Source of the DNA: Candidatus Sericytochromatia bacterium
Lineage (GTDB): Bacteria > Cyanobacteriota > Sericytochromatia > UBA7694
Length of the DNA stretch: 64,000 bases
Reading direction: 5' to 3'
Assembly: GCA_018780035.1 (NCBI GenBank)
Contig: JADMKE010000003.1
Span: 18,753 to 82,752 of the forward strand
Shown here: in pieces, positions 18,537-26,283 of the stretch
Numbering within the stretch: position 1 is the first letter of the stretch
Layout: each line of letters opens with the position of its first letter
The notes under the pieces: model-generated
Told to the model about the DNA's origin: nothing
The model's database searches: none
The model's input: only the letters and a program-made list of their open reading frames with translations
Translations under genes and position numbers: made by a program

Positions 18537-19396
18537 TTCGACGTATTTCGGGCCAATTCGGCAAAATAATCCTTGAGTTTTTGGCTGCCCACCGCCGGAG
18601 CAATGCAGTCGCTGCTGCTGACTTGGGCAGCAAAACGCATCAAGTCTCCCATACGCGGATCAAAGAGGCCCGCCAGGGTGGCCATGCCGGTCATCACAGG
18701 CAGGGGCAGATTGAGGAATTTGGGCTTTTTGCCCAAGGCATCAAAGGCCAATTCAAAGATCTGTTTGCGGCTGAAGACTTCGGGCCCCCCCAGACCGACC
18801 TCTGTGGGCCCCTGTTCTAAATAACCCAGCAAGGCCGTGGCCAAATCGGCCTGGTGGATCGGATTGGAGCGGCAATGCCCCCCGCCAGGCAGCGGAGCAA
18901 GGCCTTTGCGCGCCAGCTCAAAGAACTCAGCCATGGCTGAAAAAAAGCCGGTGGGCCGCATCACGGTCAGGGAAATCCCACTTTGTTTGAGCAAGGCCAC
19001 CACAGCCTCGTGGGCGGCGACATAGCCATTGTCGAGGTAGCCATTTTCGGTCCAAAGTGAGACATAGACCAGGCGTTTGACGCCCGCCTTTTGGGCCTCC
19101 CTGAGCAAATGGCGGTGGGCAACAAGATCAACCTCTTTGTAATTGCGGCGTTCTTTGGCCTGCATGCCCACACTGGCGCCCAAACAAGAGACCAAAACAT
19201 CAATATCTTCGCAGACCCCTTTGAGACTGTCAGCCTGGGTGGCATCGGCCAAAAAGACCTGATCGGCCTCTGCCGAGGGACGGCTGCGGGACAAGGTCCT
19301 GACCCAATGTCGGTTTTCCTGTGCAGGGGCTCGGGCCTGGGTCAATACCGCCTGTCCGAGTTGTCCCGATGCCCCAGCCAAGAGTATGCGTGCCAT
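18533..19396 (-). CDS. NAD(P)-binding NmrA-like / atypical SDR family protein
   Basis: MARILLAGASGQLGQAVL Rossmann motif, about 287 aa. Confidence 0.7.
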   Translation of the reverse strand: MARILLAGASGQLGQAVLTQARAPAQENRHWVRTLSRSRPSAEADQVFLADATQADSLKGVCEDIDVLVSCLGASVGMQAKERRNYKEVDLVAHRHLLREAQKAGVKRLVYVSLWTENGYLDNGYVAAHEAVVALLKQSGISLTVMRPTGFFSAMAEFFELARKGLAPLPGGGHCRSNPIHQADLATALLGYLEQGPTEVGLGGPEVFSRKQIFELAFDALGKKPKFLNLPLPVMTGMATLAGLFDPRMGDLMRFAAQVSSSDCIAPAVGSQKLKDYFAELARNTSN

Positions 19397-19410
19397 TTTT
19401 GCGGCTTTCT

Positions 19411-21315
19411 TTAATACAATTTTAGGTCTTTAAACACATCGTCGCGGTTGCGGACGGAGAGGTAATCCCCTTTTTGGCGTTTGGCCAGGTTGGGATCTGT
19501 GGGGGGGCCAAACGATTCCGTATATTTATACAGCCCAGGAAAATTCGCAGCGGTCATGCGGGGGGACTGTTTAAATGGATTGAAGTCCGACCATTGTGAG
19601 CTGTAATCGTCTTGCAAAGCGCTGAATTTTTGCACCTCGGCTGGGGACATCTCCACAACCTGCACCTGCTGATTATTAAAGGCATAGACGCGATCACCGA
19701 CTTTGGCCAGATTAAAGACATGGCCGGGTTGGTGAATCGGCAAAGAGAGATTTCCGGGAGCGAGGGTATCGAGCAGAATCTGAGAGAGTTTGGTAAAACC
19801 TTCACAATCGATCAGGGCCCGGCCATCGGGCAGGCGGTCCAAAGGGGGAGGGCTGCCAAAGAAAACCTTTTCCGACATGCCCAAACGCTCAGACAAATGG
19901 GCCAGGGCCGACCAAGAGGTGCCTTTGCCGGGATGTTCGTAATGGGCATTGAGGTAGAGTCCGATAAAGTTAACCTGATCCTCTGGCGTCTTGAGCTTGG
20001 CTTTGATTGCTTTGATGGCGTTGAAGTCGTGGGGGTTGGCGGGTTCAAATCCGTATTTCACGCGCAGCTCTTGGCGGGCACCCTCCGCTTTGCGGGACCC
20101 TTCACTCAGGTCAAAGTCTTTGAAGGTGTTTTTGCTGGGCTCTAAGATCCGCAAATTGTGACCCTGAACCTCTAAATTCCAGCCCCCACGCTCGATTAAA
20201 TCGGGATCTGAAAGGGTTTTTTCGATCTGCTTGAGATTGGCTTGAAAGGCTTCCAGGTCTGCTTTGGGCAATTTCAAGGGCTCAAAGCTGCGGGTCATAT
20301 AGGGCCTGGGCTGTTGGCCCTTTTCAAAGGCAAAGGAGGTATTGCCAAACATGTTCAGGCCTTCGGGCCGACTGAGCTGGGTGATGAGTTGAACCAGGCG
20401 TTGGGCATGGGGGGGATTGCCTGCCTGTTTGAGGGTTTGCAAAAGGGTTTTGACGGCTTGGGGAGAGGCTTTGGCCAAGTCCAAACTGGATAAATTGGCG
20501 GCGTTGCCGTCGGCGGCCATCCAGGCTTTGAGGGTCGTTTTGGCGGCTGCAGGCAATTGGTCTAAATCCGCCTGGCTAATACGGGTGGGCTGATTCAACA
20601 TCTGTTGCCAGGCCATGGCTTCTTGCAAAGCCGTTGCAAGTTGTTGCTCTTGGACAGTGGGCTGGTGTTTGAGCAGGCTATTAAACTCAGCCGCTTTGAG
20701 CTGAAACAGCCAATTCATGTCTTCGGGAGTGGGCTCGGGCGGAGGAGATTTTTTGTAATGGGCCAATTTGCCCGCTACATCCTGGTTTTTGAGGCCTTCA
20801 GCTAATTTTGCAGCTGCCGTTTGTTGCGCCTCGACAACTTTGGGCACGTCGATTTTCGCGGGGTCGTCCAAAAATGAGAGGCTCGGCGTGGCGTTGCCTT
20901 CGCTCTGAAACTTGGGCAAGATCGCAGGCAGGAGAATCACTTGGCCTGCTTGGAGCTGATGGGGAGAGGGGAGTTTATTGAGCTTGGTTGCGGCTTGTAC
21001 CCAAAGCTGAATCTCTTGGGGACTGCGGTTCTGAGGCGGCAATTTTTGCCTGGCGATCTTTTCCAGGCTCTCACCTTTTTCGACCTTGTGGGCAACCGGG
21101 CCAAACCCCATTCCCATGCCGATGCTGGCTATGCCCCCAAATAGGCCAAAATCTCCAGTCGGCTTCCCCGCTGATGCTTCAGGCAGACAGCCCGCGACAG
21201 GCGGGTTCGCAGGCTGACTTTGGGGCTGCGACTGCGGCAATTTTTGCGCCTGGATCTGACCTTTGGTAGATTCAGCGGGCGAATAAGTGGTGGGCTGAGG
21301 TTTTATACTTGTCAT
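19411..21315 (-). CDS. LysM-domain protein with low-complexity Q/P-rich region and a C-terminal putative papain-like (Cys...His...Asp) hydrolase module
   Basis: LysM-like segment (HKVEKGESLEKIARQKL...LQAGQVILLP). C-terminal IDCEGFTKL ... PGHVFNL ... VGDRVYAF is a candidate catalytic triad. No database check possible. Confidence 0.45.
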   Translation of the reverse strand: MTSIKPQPTTYSPAESTKGQIQAQKLPQSQPQSQPANPPVAGCLPEASAGKPTGDFGLFGGIASIGMGMGFGPVAHKVEKGESLEKIARQKLPPQNRSPQEIQLWVQAATKLNKLPSPHQLQAGQVILLPAILPKFQSEGNATPSLSFLDDPAKIDVPKVVEAQQTAAAKLAEGLKNQDVAGKLAHYKKSPPPEPTPEDMNWLFQLKAAEFNSLLKHQPTVQEQQLATALQEAMAWQQMLNQPTRISQADLDQLPAAAKTTLKAWMAADGNAANLSSLDLAKASPQAVKTLLQTLKQAGNPPHAQRLVQLITQLSRPEGLNMFGNTSFAFEKGQQPRPYMTRSFEPLKLPKADLEAFQANLKQIEKTLSDPDLIERGGWNLEVQGHNLRILEPSKNTFKDFDLSEGSRKAEGARQELRVKYGFEPANPHDFNAIKAIKAKLKTPEDQVNFIGLYLNAHYEHPGKGTSWSALAHLSERLGMSEKVFFGSPPPLDRLPDGRALIDCEGFTKLSQILLDTLAPGNLSLPIHQPGHVFNLAKVGDRVYAFNNQQVQVVEMSPAEVQKFSALQDDYSSQWSDFNPFKQSPRMTAANFPGLYKYTESFGPPTDPNLAKRQKGDYLSVRNRDDVFKDLKLY

Positions 21316-21359
21316 GGTGTCTTTTGTTTATTGTCGGTCAAAGGCCCAAAAACTTGTGT

Positions 21360-22475
21360 TCAGGGCTGACTCAGATTCAGTTTGGGAATTAACCCCCGCA
21401 GGATTTCCGCGCTAAAAGGGTAATCCCGTGGATCTGCGCCCAACCAGCCCAGTTCAAACCTGTAAAAATCTGCCCAGGCAAAGTCAAACAGCTCCCGCCA
21501 TTCGGCAATAATGGCTTTTGCCAAGCTGGGATTGCCCAAGGCCTGTGCCAAAGTGTCAAAGTACAGCTCTAAATAGCCAGGAATTGCGGCTGCGGCCTGC
21601 GTCTCGGAAAAACAGGCAGACAAAAAATAGGCCAGATCTTTCATGCCACAGCCCCTGCCAACGTATTGAAAGTCCACGGCGGCCACCTGAAGCGGGGCGG
21701 TCTTGTGGGTTGAAAAACAGAAATTGGCGGGTTTGGCATCCCCGTGAATCAGGGTTTGAAAATGGCAGGTCTTGAGTTTTGTTGCAATGGCCGGTGCGGA
21801 TGATTTGAGGGGCCCATGTGGCAGGGCCTGCCATTCGTCTGGACGCGTCTCCAGATGCCAATAACTGCCCTCTTCCCAGAGTTCGGGGGCGACTTGGCCG
21901 AGAAAGCTTGCATGAAAATGAGCCAGCCAGCTCACAACTGCTGCCATTTCGGCGCTGTTTAAGTGTCGCCTGCGCTCGGGGTAGCCGACTGGGTCGAGGT
22001 CTTCTAAGAGCAGCCAATCGCCGTCTTGGGACTGTCCTTGTGCGAGAAAACGCGGGACCCGGCATGTTTGATTCAGGCCGTTGCTGTAGAGACTGTACCA
22101 GGTCCGCTCGATCTGGTACGACCTGACCTTACGCTGGTGGGAAAGGCTCTTTCCAGAGGTGTCAGCGGGGGGAGCGATCTGTTTTAAAATCACAGAGCCC
22201 ATTGGCGCCCCTTCCAGTTGCAGTCGCAGGATCTGGCCATAGCCTTTCCAAAGGGTTTGCACGGTCTCTATTCGGCTCAGGCCTTTGGCCCCGATTGCGT
22301 CTACAATGGGCGTCAGCCAGGGGCGAGGAACATTATTTGCGTTTTTCAAGTTCGGCCAACAGATCCGCGTGTTTGATGGCATTTTCATACTGCACTTCTG
22401 CGGAAATGTGTTCCTGTTCGCGGGCCACCAACGAGGCTTCGTAGAAAAAACCTCCCAGCCCCTGCTGCTGTTCAC
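21360..22475 (-). CDS. Phosphotransferase-family kinase (APH / choline-ethanolamine kinase-like fold)
   Basis: Brenner motif LIHGDAKPANF and VDFQYVGRGCGMKDLAYFL (DFG-equivalent). Start uncertain; it could be the internal MKMPSNT. Confidence 0.65.
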   Translation of the reverse strand: MNSSRGWEVFSTKPRWWPANRNTFPQKCSMKMPSNTRICWPNLKNANNVPRPWLTPIVDAIGAKGLSRIETVQTLWKGYGQILRLQLEGAPMGSVILKQIAPPADTSGKSLSHQRKVRSYQIERTWYSLYSNGLNQTCRVPRFLAQGQSQDGDWLLLEDLDPVGYPERRRHLNSAEMAAVVSWLAHFHASFLGQVAPELWEEGSYWHLETRPDEWQALPHGPLKSSAPAIATKLKTCHFQTLIHGDAKPANFCFSTHKTAPLQVAAVDFQYVGRGCGMKDLAYFLSACFSETQAAAAIPGYLELYFDTLAQALGNPSLAKAIIAEWRELFDFAWADFYRFELGWLGADPRDYPFSAEILRGLIPKLNLSQP

Positions 22476-22514
22476 TCAAACTGGGGGAATTCAGGCTTTC
22501 AAATTCTTGCATTT

Positions 22515-23444
22515 TTACCTCTGCAGTTCGTGGCGCACGAGCGCTTCGTCGAGCAAATCGCGGTAGAGATCGAGTTGCAATTGGAATCGTTGCCATTGGG
22601 CTTCGGTGCGCAGGTCTTGCTGGTTTTGCAAGCGTAAATTTTCCAACTTAAGGCCATAGGCATCAGCGCGGTCGAGGTAATACTCCAGGCGTTTTTCGAG
22701 GAGGTCTATCGCTTCGGGTTGTACCGCTGTAAGTGTGGCGTGCATATCCAGATTGAGCAGCGAGATGTCTTCACTCAGCCATTTGTACATACTCGCAAAA
22801 CCTTTACACAGACGCAGACTGGCCTGAATATTTGAAATCAGGGTTTCAAGGGGCTGGAGGGTAAAGCTCAAGCTGGCATTGTTGTATCCCCAATCCAGGT
22901 CTTTGAGATGGGCCAAAAATGCCTGGTGTTGTTTTTGCAGTTTGGCCAGGTCTATTTCACAGCGGTTGATCAGCTCTGGATCGGATGTGACAAAGGGGAT
23001 GACCGTTTGTTGGGCTGCCTGCACCAAGCTTTGGATTTGGTTGTCAATCTCCGCGTATTGATCCAGATCTGAGACCGGAAGCCCTGTATCGTCCTCGCCC
23101 AGCAGATCCGCTTCGATGCGTTTGACAAAGGTCTGCGCCAAACGATCTTGGGGATTTTTTTCGAGCACCTGCAGGGCGTATTGGCGGGCCAAGGTGTGAT
23201 TTTCGAGCAAGAGTAAAATATAGGCAAAAGCCAAGCCTGGATTGGGGTTGTCGGGCGTAATTTGGTTGGCCCTTAAAAAAGCCTTGCCGGCCTCTTGTAA
23301 ATGCTCTGGATTCTGAAATTTTTTGCTGTGGGCCTGTTTTAAAAACAAAAGCCCTTGATTGTAAATGACTTGCGCGTGCTCAAACCTTTGGGCTGTGAGT
23401 TTGCGGTGATGTTCACTGAGTTGCTCTGAAGAGATAACACCCAT
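22515..23444 (-). CDS. Hypothetical TPR-like / coiled-coil protein
   Basis: 309 aa ORF with helical repeats. First gene of a four-gene minus-strand operon. No recognisable catalytic motif. Confidence 0.5.
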   Translation of the reverse strand: MGVISSEQLSEHHRKLTAQRFEHAQVIYNQGLLFLKQAHSKKFQNPEHLQEAGKAFLRANQITPDNPNPGLAFAYILLLLENHTLARQYALQVLEKNPQDRLAQTFVKRIEADLLGEDDTGLPVSDLDQYAEIDNQIQSLVQAAQQTVIPFVTSDPELINRCEIDLAKLQKQHQAFLAHLKDLDWGYNNASLSFTLQPLETLISNIQASLRLCKGFASMYKWLSEDISLLNLDMHATLTAVQPEAIDLLEKRLEYYLDRADAYGLKLENLRLQNQQDLRTEAQWQRFQLQLDLYRDLLDEALVRHELQR

Positions 23445-23815
23445 GTATCCCTCTGATGTTTAAAAGATATACCAGTATAGGGCTGTGAACCTGGGCAGGC
23501 AAGTTGGCAGATCTGGAAAGAATCTGGCACACAGCCAAAATCCGACGAAATAGCTCACAAGAATAAGATTGAATTTGCCGCTGCTCCTCTTACATGGCTT
23601 TGGTGGTTCTGGTCTAAACTGGCGTCCCTTTATCGCCACGGCACTGCGATTTCTTTAGTCCCACGATTAACGGACGGTTTTTTGCGATTATCTCAGAAGT
23701 GGATGGAGATTGGACCGGCCAGCGCAACTGATTTTGAGTGCCGTGAACCCAGTCTGTGAAAAAAATGCCTCGCTGAGCGTACCTCTGTTTATCCTGTTTT
23801 TCAGAGGTAATCGCC

Positions 23816-25747
23816 ATGACGGACTTTATCCCAAACAACGTGAATCGCTCGTTTCAAGCTGTCCCAGGTATTCCCAAAGAAACCACTGCCACCAGACAGG
23901 CCCCTTCCCTACCCCCAAAAGCCAATACCAGTCCCAATCTGTTTAAACAAAATGGGACCAAATATCTGCAGGCAAATGCGGATTCTCCCCCCACACAGGG
24001 CCTGGGCCTCCGCAACCTCCTCGGGTTGGGCCTGGGAAAAAAAAATGATGACTTTGCTGTTTTGAGTGCGGCTCAGCCATCACCCCAAACGACCTCTCAA
24101 AACCGGATTTCAGATGCATTTAACCCCGACTTATTGCCTGCGGTCAATCAAGCTGCACCCCTCAGCCCTCCCGCTGTCTGTACCGACCTCAATACTTGTG
24201 AGCCTGGCAGTGTCCGACCGCCCATCTATGCCTTTGATTTTGCGCCCAGTAAAATGAGGCCCTTTCCAGAAGCCCGCAGCTTAAAAGGCCCATTGGCCAC
24301 CCGCACAAGTTGGCTGAGTCAATTAGAAAAAAGTCACAGGGGTTATAATCTTGAGATTTTTCATAACGGTATTCCTTTTGGAGCGCTTAAATCTGCCTTG
24401 GGAAAATCCGACAAAAATCAGGATTCCCAACTCAATTTGGATGAGGCAAAACGGGCTGGTGTACTTAACTCGACTCAAGCAGATGCCCTAAAACAGCTTG
24501 CGCGCGCTCATCAGCTTATGCCAGCTGACCCAAAGAATATCGACGCGGTAGCGCTGGGCAAAGCCCTTGAAACACAGGGCGTCACAATTCCAGCAGAACT
24601 GGCTGATGCACTTTCTGATTTGGAAGTGTTGAATCACTATTTGGGTCAAGTGGATATTGCCCCAGAAGAAATAATCTTGCAAGCGGATCCCCAAGCCCGT
24701 GCAACGTCTAAAACCACCCTTACGATCAAAGACTATGCCGAAACGACGATTGAACAAAAGGCTGAAACCAAAGAGCAGTACCGTGCAGCCAAACTTGAAT
24801 ACCTGAAACTAAAAAGTGAGGTTCGATCATTGGAACAAAATGTGAAAACACTCACAGGAAAAATGGAAGCAGCAACAAAAGAGCGGGATCGCCTGATAGC
24901 AAGAAATCCGAGTCATTCTGGGATTCCGTCTCTGCAAGCAAAAATGGCAAGTCTGCAAACAGAGTTAACGCCTAAAATCGCGGAATTGGCCGCAAAGCAA
25001 GCTTTGCTTTCTGAAAAGGGAAATGCCACAGTAGAAGGGGTTTATGCGAAAGGGGGCACTGTGGTAGACAAATATTTATTTGGTCCCCAAACCCCTGAAC
25101 AGAAGGCCGTCCAGTTTGGGGATATTTTCGATCGCAGGGCTCAACAAGGCATTACCGATGGCTATAAACACGATAACGTGGGGTGTGCTGCTTTGACAGA
25201 CCTGTTGCATACCCTGGTGCTCGGCCGAGAAATCAATGTCCAAAAAATGTTAGAACTCACCCAAAGTTCAGATCATTATGGCTCCGTCCAAGTCACCCAT
25301 ACAGCAGGGACGCGGACAACGCCATTTGCCAAAGACAAACCCAATCCTGCAGATCCTGGAGCCAAACCACAGGAAGAAAATTTGCAGGCCCTGTTCGATC
25401 AAGGCGTGATCAAACCAGGAATGGTGTTGTTTATCAACACCGATTCTGATATGCGTCTGACCGGAGAAAGTGCAGAGATGGGCAGTAAACCATTTGGTTC
25501 AAGTGACCGGCACTGGTTTACCTATATGGGCAAATCAGGAGAAACCCCCCTGTTCTTGGATAATACGGGCACAAAGTATACGCTCCAGCAAATGATCAAC
25601 CACTTCCAGGTCGGCCGAGAGGACAATATCGGCTCTCCAACAGTATTACACACTGTCTTTGATTTTTACCCCACTGAAGCCGAACGCGAAAAATTTAAGG
25701 CCTTTGCCCAAAAACTGTTGGGAAATGCCCTCTCAGAAAACGGATGA
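23816..25747 (+). CDS. Hypothetical protein with low-complexity N-terminus, central coiled coil and a C-terminal Cys/His-containing globular domain
   Basis: 643 aa. Coiled-coil segment (EQKAETKEQYRAAKLEYLKLKSEVRSLEQNVKTLTGKMEAATKERDRL). The C-terminal domain has conserved-looking GYKHDNVGCAALTDLLH and SDRHWFTY. Divergent from the upstream operon. Confidence 0.5.
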   Translation: MTDFIPNNVNRSFQAVPGIPKETTATRQAPSLPPKANTSPNLFKQNGTKYLQANADSPPTQGLGLRNLLGLGLGKKNDDFAVLSAAQPSPQTTSQNRISDAFNPDLLPAVNQAAPLSPPAVCTDLNTCEPGSVRPPIYAFDFAPSKMRPFPEARSLKGPLATRTSWLSQLEKSHRGYNLEIFHNGIPFGALKSALGKSDKNQDSQLNLDEAKRAGVLNSTQADALKQLARAHQLMPADPKNIDAVALGKALETQGVTIPAELADALSDLEVLNHYLGQVDIAPEEIILQADPQARATSKTTLTIKDYAETTIEQKAETKEQYRAAKLEYLKLKSEVRSLEQNVKTLTGKMEAATKERDRLIARNPSHSGIPSLQAKMASLQTELTPKIAELAAKQALLSEKGNATVEGVYAKGGTVVDKYLFGPQTPEQKAVQFGDIFDRRAQQGITDGYKHDNVGCAALTDLLHTLVLGREINVQKMLELTQSSDHYGSVQVTHTAGTRTTPFAKDKPNPADPGAKPQEENLQALFDQGVIKPGMVLFINTDSDMRLTGESAEMGSKPFGSSDRHWFTYMGKSGETPLFLDNTGTKYTLQQMINHFQVGREDNIGSPTVLHTVFDFYPTEAEREKFKAFAQKLLGNALSENG

Positions 25748-26283
25748 ATTTTCATCTGGAGTCAATGCCATATCCCGAAATTCAATTATTACAGCGCAAG
25801 TCTAGCCAAATTTGGAATATATATTGTTGTTTTTATTGGAGTAAAAGTCTAATAATCAAATATATTGAAAAAATATTTCTAAGATAATTGTGTAAATTTT
25901 GAAAAAAAATTTAAATTTTTAAAATTAATATCTATTTGAGCAATCAAATTTTGAATCAAATTAATAATTCTTTATATTTCGGAACTATTATTTTATAGTC
26001 TCGTCTTAAATGTATGCTTGCTCATAGTTGACACTCTACTGTATTAAACTTTTGAATTTATTCATTCCGTCCAATGTCTGCTTGTGGAGGAAAAATAAAT
26101 TTTGTCGTCTTGCTGCAAATTTTTAAAAAACAATTTTTTTTATTTAATATTCATAAAAATAAATAAAGATATAACAAAAAATCTTTTTAAATTAAGGCAA
26201 AAATTGTGTTGTTTGAAAAATTCAAAACAAGATTATAGGGCTGTGTTTAAGTATAATTTTTTTCTATAAATGGAGATTATTAA
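25748..26283. other. Roughly 535 bp extremely AT-rich intergenic tract (about 20% GC against about 55% elsewhere) upstream of the large lipoprotein gene
   Basis: Compositional contrast visible by eye. Long A/T runs, no ORF, and a TGGAGA Shine-Dalgarno just before the 26284 ATG. Confidence 0.8.
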
